A stretch of DNA of 64,000 nt from Candidatus Micrarchaeota archaeon (GCA_964643685.1 CAZXTN010000001.1:135936-199935), one strand, 5' to 3'. Positions 9,920-19,555 are shown, numbered from the stretch's first letter. Notes: generated by a model not told the origin, from the sequence alone. Program-made: numbers and translations.

Positions 9920-10471
9920 GATATGACTACTATGATAAATTCATTGACAAAAAAACAATAGGGATAAGAGACATAACTCCCATATTTTACAAAAAAAAAG
10001 GCATTCAACCAACTAATCAAAGACATGTCAAAACCATTTAAAAAACAAAAAATAGATAAAATAGCAGCTATTGACGCAATGGGATTTATACTCGGCTCAG
10101 CAATGGCTCTAGAATTAAAAACAGGATTTGTGCCAATAAGAAAAGAAGAAAGATTACCTGGAATGAAAAAAATAAGCACTTCATTCATAGATTTCAGCAA
10201 GAAGAAAAAAGCACTTGAAATAAACCAAGCATCAATTAAAAAAAATGAAAAAATATTAATAGTAGATGACTGGATGGAAACAGGCTCACAAATAAGAGCA
10301 GCAATCAAGCTAATTCAAAAACAAAAAGGAAAAGTAATAGGCATAAGCCTCTTTGCAGCAGAAAAAAAAGAAGAAACAAAAGAACTGTTTGACAAATACA
10401 AAATAAAAGCAGTAGGAGTATTTGAAGGAGAAGAACTTGAAAGAATAAAAAAACAAATAAAAAGGTATTAA
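9916..10471 (+). pseudogene. apt: Adenine phosphoribosyltransferase, split by a +1 frameshift near an A9 run (pseudogene, slippage or sequencing error)
   Basis: ATG 9916 frame gives RDITPIF. The second frame gives AFNQLIK...RK...LPG...IVDDWMETG. Confidence 0.75.
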
Positions 10472-10498
10472 GGAGTATAATAACTATAAAAAATAAAA

Positions 10499-10692
10499 GC
10501 GGTGGTCGCATAGTCCCTCGTAAAAACGAAGTTTTTTCGTTGGGTGCAATGGCTATTGCGCCAGCCTGGAAACAACCCATAAAAATACAAAAAGGTTGAC
10601 TGCAAGCTGGTGTCCTCCGGGGCACGCGAGTTCAAGTTTGCGACAAGGTTCCCTCGTCGAACTTTTCGCAAGCGAAAATCTCGCCCACCGCG
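10499..10692 (+). tRNA. tRNA-Ser(GGA) with three introns (about 10514-10549, 10572-10604, 10637-10678)
   Basis: Acceptor stem GCGGTGG/CCACCGC with G73, anticodon stem CCAGC/GCTGG, long variable arm, T stem GCGAG/CTCGC. Confidence 0.85.
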
Positions 10693-10707
10693 CTTTAGAA
10701 AGATAAA

Positions 10708-10723
10708 TCAAAACGTTTATAAA
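10708..10723 (+). promoter_or_regulatory. BRE/TATA promoter of the rps13 operon
   Basis: A-rich stretch followed by TTTATAAA; the same motif recurs before other operons. Confidence 0.55.
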
Positions 10724-10846
10724 TGAATTGAATTACAAATAATACACTTAAAAATTCTTTTTAAAAAAAGTCGGCGAGCTCCTTAAAAGCGATGACCTAC
10801 TGGAAACAAAACTAATTCAAAAAAAAATTGGAAAAAAAGATGCAAG

Positions 10847-11428
10847 ATGGCTAAAGTTAAAGAAGTTAAAAAAGAAAAACCTAAGCAGGAAAAGCAGAAA
10901 AAGAAAATTGTCCAGGAAAATTCAGAATTTAAAGGAAGGTTAAGGATAGCTGGAAAAGAAGTAAAAGGGCAGTATTCTATTAAAAAAGCAATTAGTCAAA
11001 TAAGAGGAATTGGAACTAATTTAGCTGACACTCTTGAAAAAATTATAATTAAAAAATTAAACCTTAAAGAAAATGAAAAAATAGGAAACTTGACAGATGA
11101 GCAGTTAGATGAACTTGAAAAAATAATAGCAAATCCGAAAGAAAACGGAGTACCTGCTTGGATGTTGAACAGAAAAAAAGACCCTGAAACAGGAGAAGAT
11201 AAGCATTTAATATCATCAGATCTTGACTTCCAGAAAAAACAAGACATAAAAGGATTAATTAAAATAAAGGCATACCGCGGAGTAAGGCACATGTATGGAT
11301 TGACATCAAGAGGACAGAGGACAAAAACAAGCGGAAGAAAAGGATTAACTCTTGGAGTACAGAGGAAGAAAAACAAGCCTGCTCAGAAGAAGAAATCAAG
11401 CGGGCAATCAAGTGGAAAAAAGAAATAA
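10847..11428 (+). CDS. rps13: 30S ribosomal protein uS13
   Basis: IRGIG, PAWMLNR and RGQRTK motifs. Confidence 0.95.
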   Translation: MAKVKEVKKEKPKQEKQKKKIVQENSEFKGRLRIAGKEVKGQYSIKKAISQIRGIGTNLADTLEKIIIKKLNLKENEKIGNLTDEQLDELEKIIANPKENGVPAWMLNRKKDPETGEDKHLISSDLDFQKKQDIKGLIKIKAYRGVRHMYGLTSRGQRTKTSGRKGLTLGVQRKKNKPAQKKKSSGQSSGKKK

Positions 11429-11441
11429 AAAAAGTGATTAA

Positions 11442-12209
11442 ATGGGTTCGCCAAGAAAACTAAGGAAAAAATACAACACCCCCTCACATCCATGGGAAAA
11501 AGAAAGAATAAAAGAAGAAAACAGGTTCCTTAAAGAATATGGGTTGAAAAACAAAAGAGAAATTTGGAAAGCAAAAACCATGCTTAAAAAGTACAGGCAA
11601 CAAGCAAGAGAATTAGTAGGTTTGTCAGGAGAAGAGAGAAAAGAAGCTGAACAAATACTTGTGTCAAAACTTCAAAGATTAGGTTTACTGCAAAAAGAAG
11701 CAGGATTAGATGAAATTTTATCCTTAAAAGTAGAAGACTTGCTATCAAGAAGACTACAGACAATTGTATGGAAAAAAGGATTGGCATTAAGCCCAAAGCA
11801 AGCAAGACAATTCATAACACACGGTCATATCTCATTAAATGGAAGAAAAGTAACAGCACCTGGAATGATGATAAAAGTAGAAGAAGAAAAAGAAATTGAC
11901 TGGTATGGCAAACCAATTGAATTGCAGTACCCTAAAAAAGACACTACTCTTGAAGTAATTGAAAAAGAAGCAAAAAAAGACAAGGAAACGACAAAATTAG
12001 AAGAAAAAGCAGCTGAAGAAATAATTGAAGAAGAGCAAGCAAAAGAGGAGAAACAAGAGAAAGAGGAAGAAAAAGAAGCAGCTGAAACAGCAGAAGAAAT
12101 TCAAGAAGAAAAAGAAAAAACAATAAAAGAAATAGCAGAAGAAGCAAAACCAACACCAGAAGAAAAACAAGCAGCAGAAGAGGTAAAAAAAGAAGCAGAA
12201 AGTGAATGA
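11442..12209 (+). CDS. rps4: 30S ribosomal protein uS4 with acidic C-terminal tail
   Basis: [15 protein letters not shown] and [10 protein letters not shown] motifs. Confidence 0.95.
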   Translation: MGSPRKLRKKYNTPSHPWEKERIKEENRFLKEYGLKNKREIWKAKTMLKKYRQQARELVGLSGEERKEAEQILVSKLQRLGLLQKEAGLDEILSLKVEDLLSRRLQTIVWKKGLALSPKQARQFITHGHISLNGRKVTAPGMMIKVEEEKEIDWYGKPIELQYPKKDTTLEVIEKEAKKDKETTKLEEKAAEEIIEEEQAKEEKQEKEEEKEAAETAEEIQEEKEKTIKEIAEEAKPTPEEKQAAEEVKKEAESE

Positions 12210-12211
12210 TT

Positions 12212-12607
12212 ATGGCAGCTAAAAAAGACATTTGGGCAGTAGCACATATTTACTCATCAAAAAACAATACAATAATAACAATAACAGACTTGACGGGAGC
12301 AGAAACAATAGCAAAATGCTCAGGTGGAATGGTTACTGACTCTCAGAGAAAAGAAGGAGCAGCTTCAACAGCAATGGTAGCAGCTCAAAAAGTAGCAGAA
12401 GTATGCAAAAACAGAAACATTTACGGATTACATATTCAAGTAAGAGCCCCAGGCGGACACAAGTCAAAAATGCCAGGACAAGGAGCACAAGCAACAATAA
12501 GAGCCCTTGCAAGAAGCGGAATAAGAATAGGCAGAATAGAAGACGTGACCCCAATCCCACATGACACGACACAAAAACCAGGTGGAAAAAGAGGAAGAAG
12601 AGTATGA
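12212..12607 (+). CDS. rps11: 30S ribosomal protein uS11
   Basis: [10 protein letters not shown] and GGKRGRRV motifs. Confidence 0.95.
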   Translation: MAAKKDIWAVAHIYSSKNNTIITITDLTGAETIAKCSGGMVTDSQRKEGAASTAMVAAQKVAEVCKNRNIYGLHIQVRAPGGHKSKMPGQGAQATIRALARSGIRIGRIEDVTPIPHDTTQKPGGKRGRRV

Positions 12608-13197
12608 GCATGAAAATTGAAAACATAAAAGAAAAAGGAGACAAGATCACATTTACTTTAAAAGGACCTGTTGAATTAGCAAACGCAATAAGAAGAACAG
12701 CAATGGCAGAAGTTCCAACAATGGCAATAGATGAAATAGACGTGTATGAAAATACTTCAAGCTTGTTTGATGAATTCATCGCCCACAGGCTAGGAATGAT
12801 CCCATTAACAACTGACCTTAAAACATACGACATAAACAGCAAGTCAGAAAACAAAAAATCAGTCATAATAAGTTTAGACATTCAAGGGCCAGGAGTGTTT
12901 TACTCAAAAGAACTTAAATCAAAAGACCCTGCAGTAAAACCAGTCTACGACACAATCCCAATAATAGAATTAGCAGAAGGGCAAGCCCTTAGAATAGAAG
13001 CAAAAGCAAGACTAGGCAGAGCAAAAGAACATGCCAAGTTCCAATCATGCCTATGCTACTACAAGGAAAAAAAGCCAGATGAAGAATACCAAGTAACAAT
13101 AGAAAGCTACGGAAACCACAAGCCTAAAACAGTGCTCGAAGAAACAATAAAAATACTGAAAAGCAAAGCAGAAGAACTTGAAAAGCAACTAAAATAA
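12604..13197 (+). CDS. rpoD: RNA polymerase subunit Rpo3 (D), short form without Fe-S domain
   Basis: [15 protein letters not shown] and EHAKF motifs. Confidence 0.93.
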   Translation: MSMKIENIKEKGDKITFTLKGPVELANAIRRTAMAEVPTMAIDEIDVYENTSSLFDEFIAHRLGMIPLTTDLKTYDINSKSENKKSVIISLDIQGPGVFYSKELKSKDPAVKPVYDTIPIIELAEGQALRIEAKARLGRAKEHAKFQSCLCYYKEKKPDEEYQVTIESYGNHKPKTVLEETIKILKSKAEELEKQLK

Positions 13198-13216
13198 CAA
13201 AAGGTGCTAAGTTAAA

Positions 13217-13552
13217 ATGAAAAAAGGAACAACTAACCCGGAATTAAAAAAACTCATAATTACCTTGAAAAAAACAAAAAAACCAGCATTCATAAAAATA
13301 GCTGAAATGCTGGAAAAGCCAAACAGAAAAAGGCCAGAAGTCAATTTATGGAAAATAAACAAACACGCAAAAGAAGGAGAATTAATAATAGTGCCAGGAA
13401 AAGTACTTGCTCACGGTGAACTTACAAAAAAATTAACAATAGCTTCATTCAACGCATCAAAAAAAGCAATTGAAAAAATAAACAAAACAGGCAAATACAT
13501 CAAAATACAAGATGCATTAAAAGAAAAAGCGAGAATAAGAATAATGGGATGA
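13217..13552 (+). CDS. rpl18e: 50S ribosomal protein eL18
   Basis: TNPEL, VNLWKIN and VPGKVL motifs. Confidence 0.93.
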   Translation: MKKGTTNPELKKLIITLKKTKKPAFIKIAEMLEKPNRKRPEVNLWKINKHAKEGELIIVPGKVLAHGELTKKLTIASFNASKKAIEKINKTGKYIKIQDALKEKARIRIMG

Positions 13553-13559
13553 ACAAAAA

Positions 13560-13982
13560 ATGATAATCATAGACGGCGAAAACAGCATAATGGGAAGACT
13601 CGGAGCAAAAGTAGCAAAAGAACTCCTAAAAGGAGAAGAAGTCAGAATAATAAACGCTGAAAAAATAATCATAACAGGAAACCCAAAAAACACCGTGGAA
13701 AAATACATGCAAAGAAGAAACTTAAGAGACCCAGCAAAACCAGAAAAAAGCAGGAAAACACCAAGACGCCCTGACTTATTCGTAAAAAGAATAATAAGAG
13801 GAATGCTTCCATACAAGTCAAAAAAAGGACAAGAAGCATACAGAAGACTCCTAGTGCACATTGGAACGCCAAAAGAATATGAAGGAAAAGCAGTCAGAAT
13901 AGCAGAGTCAAAATCAAACACAAGCGATTACAAATACATTACAATTGAAAAACTATGCAAAGAACTAGGATGGAAAGGATGA
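13560..13982 (+). CDS. rpl13: 50S ribosomal protein uL13
   Basis: GRLGAKVAK and IRGMLPYK motifs. Confidence 0.95.
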   Translation: MIIIDGENSIMGRLGAKVAKELLKGEEVRIINAEKIIITGNPKNTVEKYMQRRNLRDPAKPEKSRKTPRRPDLFVKRIIRGMLPYKSKKGQEAYRRLLVHIGTPKEYEGKAVRIAESKSNTSDYKYITIEKLCKELGWKG

Positions 13983-13987
13983 GAAAA

Positions 13988-14419
13988 ATGGCAGTAAAGA
14001 AAAAAGAAAAGATAGTAGTTACAAAAGGAAAAAAGAAAAAAGCAGTAGCAAGAGTAAGAATAAGAGAAGGCAAAGGAGCAATAAGAATAAACAGGAAGCT
14101 AATAGACTCAATTGAAGAAAATTACTCAAAAGAAGTCATACTTGAACCAATAAAAATAGCAGAAGAAGTGCTTGGAAACAACTTCTACGAAAAACTAGAC
14201 ATAAGCATAAACGCGCAAGGAGGAGGAATAATGGGCCAAGCACACGCAGCAAGAACAGCCCTAGGAAAAGCGCTTATAGAATGGACAGGAAATGAAAAAC
14301 TAAAAGAAAAATACTTAGAATATGACCGTTCACTTGTAATAGATGACATAAGACAGAAAGAACCTAAGAAGTACTTAAGAAAAGGAGCAAGAGCAAAACC
14401 AATCAAATCATACAGGTAA
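13988..14419 (+). CDS. rps9: 30S ribosomal protein uS9
   Basis: GGGIMGQA and GARAKPIKSYR motifs. Confidence 0.95.
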   Translation: MAVKKKEKIVVTKGKKKKAVARVRIREGKGAIRINRKLIDSIEENYSKEVILEPIKIAEEVLGNNFYEKLDISINAQGGGIMGQAHAARTALGKALIEWTGNEKLKEKYLEYDRSLVIDDIRQKEPKKYLRKGARAKPIKSYR

Positions 14420-14432
14420 AGAGGTAAAAAAG

Positions 14433-14627
14433 ATGATAATACCAGTAAGATGCTTTTCATGCGGAAAGCCAATAGCACAACATTGGGATGAATACCAGAA
14501 AAAAATAGCTGAAGGCCAAACACCTGAAACAGCACTAAATGACCTGGGAATTGAAAGATACTGCTGCAGAAGAATGTTCCTCTCACACAAGGATTACCTG
14601 AAAGAAATAATCAAATACAAAAAATAA
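14433..14627 (+). CDS. rpoN: RNA polymerase subunit Rpo10 (N)
   Basis: PVRCFSCGK and RYCCRRM motifs. Confidence 0.96.
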   Translation: MIIPVRCFSCGKPIAQHWDEYQKKIAEGQTPETALNDLGIERYCCRRMFLSHKDYLKEIIKYKK

Positions 14628-14634
14628 AAAAAGA

Positions 14635-15813
14635 GTGTTTTCCTTGATAAAAAAAATAATAATCAGAAAAATAAAAAACTCAAAAAAAGAAGACACCATA
14701 GAAACAACAATAACCACAAACAAAGGAAAAACAAAAGCATCAGCTCCTTCTGGAACATCAGCAGGAAAACATGAAGTAAAAGCATACAACAAAACAATTG
14801 AAAACTCAATAAAAGAAGCAAAACAAGTTCTTCCGAAACTAATAGGCGAAGACGAAACAAACCAAGAAGAAATAGACGAGTTCTTGAAAAGCAACATAAA
14901 AAAGATAGGCGGAAGCATAGCAATAGCCACTTCAATAGCAATCGCAAGAGCAGGCGCAAAAAAACAAAAAAAACAACTATACCAATACATCAACAAAGGA
15001 GAAGAATACTCAAAACCAATAATGCTAGGAAAATGCATAGGAGGAGGAGCGCATGCAAAAAACTCGACAACAATACAAGAATTCCTCAGCATACCCCTAA
15101 CAGAAAACATGCGCAAAGCAGTGAAGATAAACAAGATAGTTCACAAAGAAACAGCAAGAATACTGAAAAACTACAAAGGATTCACTAAAAAACTAGACTA
15201 TGAAGGAGGATGGACAGCAAACATAACAGACGAAAACGCCCTAGGAGTATTATCAAGCGCAATTGAAAGAACAAGCAAAAAAACAAAAACAAACATCGCG
15301 TTAGGAATAGACGTCGCAGCAAGCGAATTCTGGGACGGAAAAAAATACAAATACAAAAAACACTCAAAAACACCAAAACAACACTATGACTTCATAAAAT
15401 ACTTAATAAAAGAATATGACATTTACTACATAGAAGACCCATTCCATGAAGAAGACTTCAAGTCAACAGCAAAGTTAACAAAACAATTCAAAGACAGGCT
15501 AATAGTCGGAGACGACTTGTTCACAACAAACCCTAAACGCCTCAAAAAAGGCATAAAATTAAAAGCAGGAAATTCAATAATAATCAAGCCAAACCAAATA
15601 GGCACATTGACAGAAGCTTATGAAACAGTTGAAATTGCAAAAAATAACGCTTACACGCCAGTGATCTCGCATCGCTCAGGCGAAACCAAAGATCCAGCAA
15701 TAGCGGATCTTGCTGTTGGATGGGGCATCCCTTTCATCAAAATAGGAATAAAAGGAAAAGAAAGGGAAGCAAAAACCAACAGATTGATAAAAATAGAGAA
15801 GGTGATGAAATGA
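14635..15813 (+). CDS. eno: Enolase (divergent)
   Basis: PSGTSAG, IEDPF, VGDDL, KPNQIG and SHRSGET motifs. Confidence 0.92.
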   Translation: MFSLIKKIIIRKIKNSKKEDTIETTITTNKGKTKASAPSGTSAGKHEVKAYNKTIENSIKEAKQVLPKLIGEDETNQEEIDEFLKSNIKKIGGSIAIATSIAIARAGAKKQKKQLYQYINKGEEYSKPIMLGKCIGGGAHAKNSTTIQEFLSIPLTENMRKAVKINKIVHKETARILKNYKGFTKKLDYEGGWTANITDENALGVLSSAIERTSKKTKTNIALGIDVAASEFWDGKKYKYKKHSKTPKQHYDFIKYLIKEYDIYYIEDPFHEEDFKSTAKLTKQFKDRLIVGDDLFTTNPKRLKKGIKLKAGNSIIIKPNQIGTLTEAYETVEIAKNNAYTPVISHRSGETKDPAIADLAVGWGIPFIKIGIKGKEREAKTNRLIKIEKVMK

Positions 15814-16499
15814 AAAAAAATGAAAAACAGCAAACAGCCCCAGATGAAATGACAATAGAAAAATCCCTAGTGCCCCTTGAAAAATACCTGGAAGCAGGAG
15901 TGCACATCGGCTCAAAATACAAGTCAGGGCAAATGAGAAAATTCATATATAAAATAAGAAACGATGGGCTCTGCATACTAAACATAAACGAGTTAAACAA
16001 AAGAATAGCAATAGCAGCAAAATTCCTGGCACAATACGAGCCATCAGACATACTAGTAGTAGCAGGAAGAAACTACTCACAAAAACCAGCAAAAGTATTT
16101 GCTGAAACAATCGGAGCAAAATATATAATAGGAAGATTCATACCAGGAACCCTAACAAACCCTGAAAACGAAAACTTCATAGAACCAAAAATACTATTCA
16201 CAGCAGACCCACCAGTAGACAGGCAAGCAATAAAAGAAGCAAAAAAAGCAAAAATACCAGTAATTTCACTATGCGACACAAGCAATCTCACAAAAAACAT
16301 AGACTTAGTAATACCATGCAACAACAAAGGAAAAAAATCAATAGCATTAATCTACTGGATACTAGCAAGAGAATACCTAAAACTAAAAGGAATCATCGAA
16401 TCAGACAAACAATTTGAAAAAACACCAGCTGACTTCGAAACAAGAATAAAAAGAACAAACAAAGAAAGAGACACAAGAAGAAGATTCCAAAGAAGGTAA
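15810..16499 (+). CDS. rps2: 30S ribosomal protein uS2
   Basis: YLEAGVHIG, GRFIPGTLTN and PCNNKG motifs. Confidence 0.95.
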   Translation: MKKNEKQQTAPDEMTIEKSLVPLEKYLEAGVHIGSKYKSGQMRKFIYKIRNDGLCILNINELNKRIAIAAKFLAQYEPSDILVVAGRNYSQKPAKVFAETIGAKYIIGRFIPGTLTNPENENFIEPKILFTADPPVDRQAIKEAKKAKIPVISLCDTSNLTKNIDLVIPCNNKGKKSIALIYWILAREYLKLKGIIESDKQFEKTPADFETRIKRTNKERDTRRRFQRR

Positions 16500-16589
16500 A
16501 CAAAAAACCTTCATCCCCTTTTTTTATTTATTTAAGCATAAATAATAAGTCTACTTCTTGTTTTAAAAAAAACAAAAACCTATAAACAA

Positions 16590-17813
16590 ATGAGTAAAAT
16601 GAAAGAGTTAATCAGAAAACACGCCTTAAAAAACGCATTAGAACATGAAGGAAAAGCAGCACCAGGCGCAGTGATAAACAGGGTCCTAGGAGAAAACCCA
16701 GAGCTAAAAAAAGACATGAAAACACTAGGACAAGCAGTAAAACAAGAAATAGAAAAAGTAAACCAAATGACTCTAAAAGAAATAAAACAAGAGCTTGAAC
16801 AAAAACACCCTGAACTGCTTGAAAAAAAAGACGAAGAAAGAAGAGACTTACCTGAACTGCCAGGCGACACTTCAAAAGTAGTCATGAGAATGGCTCCAAA
16901 CCCAAACGGTCCACTGCACTTAGGACACGCAAGACAAGCTATACTCAACTGGTTCTACGTAAAAAAATACAATGGAAAATACATACTAAGATTCGACGAC
17001 ACTGACCCAAAAAACAAAGTGCCACTAAAAGAAGCATATGACTGGATAATAGAAGACCTAAAATGGCTAGGCATAAAACCCGACGAAATACTTTACGCCT
17101 CAGACAGGCTAGATCTTTACTACAAATACGCTGAAAAATTAATTGAAATGGAAAAAGCATACATCTGCACGTGCCCACCTGAAAAATTCAGAGAATTAAA
17201 AAACAAAGGAGAACCATGCCAATGCAGGAACCTGCCAAAAGAAGAGCAGATGAAAAGATGGAAAAAAATGTTCACAGAATACAAAGAAGGAGAAGCAGTA
17301 TACAGAGTAAAAACAGACTTGAAAGACCCAAACCCTGCTCTGCGCGACTGGCCTGGATTTAGAATAATTGAAAACAACAAACACCCACGCAACAAAAACG
17401 CAAGAGTATGGCCATTGCTTAACTTCAACTCATCAATAGACGACCACCTCACAGGAGTCACGCATATAATAAGAGGAAGAGACCTTGACTTCACAGAACA
17501 CCAGCAAAAATACTTATACAATCACTTCAACTGGAAATACCCAGAAACAATAGTTACAGGAAAACTAAACCTAGAAGGAGCAATACTAAGCTCGTCAGAA
17601 ATAAAAAAAGGAATACAAGAAGGAAAATACACAGGCTGGGACGACAAACGACTAGGAACGCTAAAAGCATTGAGAAAAAAAGGACTAAAACCAGAAGCAA
17701 TAAAACAACTAATCTGGGACCTTGGAGTCAGAAAAAACAACGCCACAGTAACATGGGCAAACATAGAAGCAGCTGCAAAAAAAGCAGAAAAAAACAAGAC
17801 ATACAAAGAATAA
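16590..17813 (+). CDS. gltX: Glutamyl-tRNA synthetase, C-terminally shortened
   Basis: RMAPNPNGPLHLGH, RFDDTDP, THIIRG and GWDDKRL motifs; only 407 aa. Confidence 0.88.
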   Translation: MSKMKELIRKHALKNALEHEGKAAPGAVINRVLGENPELKKDMKTLGQAVKQEIEKVNQMTLKEIKQELEQKHPELLEKKDEERRDLPELPGDTSKVVMRMAPNPNGPLHLGHARQAILNWFYVKKYNGKYILRFDDTDPKNKVPLKEAYDWIIEDLKWLGIKPDEILYASDRLDLYYKYAEKLIEMEKAYICTCPPEKFRELKNKGEPCQCRNLPKEEQMKRWKKMFTEYKEGEAVYRVKTDLKDPNPALRDWPGFRIIENNKHPRNKNARVWPLLNFNSSIDDHLTGVTHIIRGRDLDFTEHQQKYLYNHFNWKYPETIVTGKLNLEGAILSSSEIKKGIQEGKYTGWDDKRLGTLKALRKKGLKPEAIKQLIWDLGVRKNNATVTWANIEAAAKKAEKNKTYKE

Positions 17814-17824
17814 ACCTTTATAAA
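17810..17824 (+). promoter_or_regulatory. BRE/TATA promoter of the rpl7ae operon
   Basis: AAACCTTTATAAA. Confidence 0.55.
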
Positions 17825-17917
17825 TGACAAAATTGAAAAAAATAATACTCATTCTCAAAAAAAGCCAATGAGTTTTAAGCAGCGTAAAAAACTGCAATGA
17901 AAAAGGAGGAATTAAAA

Positions 17918-18286
17918 ATGGCAAGCCCATACGTGAAATTCAAAGTACCTAAAGAAATAGCAGAACAAACATACCAAGCAGTTGAAAAAGCAAGAGACAC
18001 AGGAAAAATCAAAAAAGGAGTAAACGAAGCAACAAAAGCAGTTGAAAGAGCAACAGCAAAACTAGTTGTGATAGCAGAAGACGTAGCACCACCAGAAATA
18101 GTTGCATACCTGCCAATACTCTGCGAAGAAAAGAAAATACCCTACACATTCATCCCAACAAAAAAAGAACTAGGAAAAGCAGCAGGAATAAAAGTAGGAA
18201 CAACAGCAATAGCAATAATAGAAGAAGGAAGCGCAAAACAACTTGTTGAAAACATTGCAAAAAAAGTCGAAGAACTGAAAAAATAA
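17918..18286 (+). CDS. rpl7ae: 50S ribosomal protein L7Ae (eL8)
   Basis: [13 protein letters not shown] and [10 protein letters not shown] motifs; GGAGG SD at 17905. Confidence 0.96.
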   Translation: MASPYVKFKVPKEIAEQTYQAVEKARDTGKIKKGVNEATKAVERATAKLVVIAEDVAPPEIVAYLPILCEEKKIPYTFIPTKKELGKAAGIKVGTTAIAIIEEGSAKQLVENIAKKVEELKK

Positions 18287-18301
18287 GGGGATGAATAAAA
18301 A

Positions 18302-18511
18302 ATGGCAGACGACGCAGTACCAGCACAAGTAATGGAAATAATAGGAAAAACCGGCGTACACGGCGAAATATGGCAAGTCATGGTAAAAATACTAGAAGGA
18401 AGAGACAAGGGGAGAATCATAAGAAGAAACGTAAAAGGACCAGTAAGAAAAGACGACTTGCTAATGCTAATAGACACAGAAACAGAAGCAAAACCAATAA
18501 GAGGACGCTAA
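18302..18511 (+). CDS. rps28e: 30S ribosomal protein eS28
   Basis: [11 protein letters not shown] motif. Confidence 0.95.
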   Translation: MADDAVPAQVMEIIGKTGVHGEIWQVMVKILEGRDKGRIIRRNVKGPVRKDDLLMLIDTETEAKPIRGR

Positions 18512-18599
18512 ATAGGTGAAAATAAATGAAATCAATCGCAAAAGAAGGATATGAAAGCTCAAGATTTCATTTTCTTACTATAAAGAAAGGTGAAAGCAA

Positions 18600-18782
18600 A
18601 TGAAATGTTCATTTTGTAAACAAGAAATACCAAAAGGAAGCGGAAAACTCTACGTGCTGAAAGACGGCACTAGATATTACTTCTGCTCCAGCAAATGCCA
18701 AAACAATATGCTTAAACTCAAAAGAAAACCAAGAAAAGTAAAATGGATAACAAAAAAGAAAAAAGAGGAGAAAAAGCAATGA
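18600..18782 (+). CDS. rpl24e: 50S ribosomal protein eL24
   Basis: CSFC...FCSSKC TRASH motif. Confidence 0.95.
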   Translation: MKCSFCKQEIPKGSGKLYVLKDGTRYYFCSSKCQNNMLKLKRKPRKVKWITKKKKEEKKQ

Positions 18783-19444
18783 CTAAAAACTACATATTCC
18801 TAGGAAGACCAGGTTCAGGAAAAGGAACATACTCAACAAAAGTAGCAAAAGAACTGAACATCCCACACATCTCAACAGGAGACATCTTCAGAGAGAACAT
18901 AAAACAACAAACAGAACTAGGGAAAAAAATACAAGAATTAGTAAAAGAAGGAAAACTAGTTCCAGACGGGATAGTCAACGAAATAGCAAAAAACAGATTA
19001 GAGCAAGAGGACTGCAAAGAAGGATTTATACTAGACGGATACCCAAGAACAATACAACAAGCAGAAACACTAGACACATACAAAAAAATAGACAAAGTAC
19101 TAAACATAGACGTTCCAGAAGAAGTAATCATAAGAAGAATAACAACAAGAAGAGTATGCAAAAACTGCGGAGCTGTATACAACATACTGACACTAAAACC
19201 AAAACAAGAAGGAATCTGCGACAAATGCGGAGGAGAATTATACCAACGCCCAGACGACACAGAAGAAGCAGTAAAAATAAGGCTACAGGAATACGAAAAC
19301 TTAACACAACCATTAATAAAATATTACGAAGAAAAAGGCATTCTCAGAACAGTAAAATACGACAAGTCCATGATACCAGAAGGAGAAATGGACATACCAA
19401 TAGAAGTAATGCTTCAGAAGATACTAGACATTCTAAAACAATAA
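18779..19444 (+). CDS. adk: Adenylate kinase, bacterial/long type with Zn LID
   Basis: GRPGSGKGT, HISTGDIFR, LDGYPR and CKNC...CDKC motifs. Confidence 0.93.
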   Translation: MTKNYIFLGRPGSGKGTYSTKVAKELNIPHISTGDIFRENIKQQTELGKKIQELVKEGKLVPDGIVNEIAKNRLEQEDCKEGFILDGYPRTIQQAETLDTYKKIDKVLNIDVPEEVIIRRITTRRVCKNCGAVYNILTLKPKQEGICDKCGGELYQRPDDTEEAVKIRLQEYENLTQPLIKYYEEKGILRTVKYDKSMIPEGEMDIPIEVMLQKILDILKQ

Positions 19445-19555
19445 AAAAACAACAGCAAGCAAGAAAGCAATTAAAAAAAAGGAATGTCCTCCGGCTTAAC
19501 ACCAAACAAAAACCAAGCTGAGGAACTAATTAAAAAAAGAAACAGATGAAAAAAA

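Noticed and set aside
9418-10308. Long antisense ORFs (this one and many similar F/L/S-rich ones)
   Set aside because: Shadow frames of A-rich sense genes with no protein-like motifs
10598-10610. CTGCAA could be read as a Cys(GCA) anticodon loop
   Set aside because: It gives a 6-nt loop with the CCAGC/GCTGG stem. The long variable arm and G73 fit Ser(GGA).
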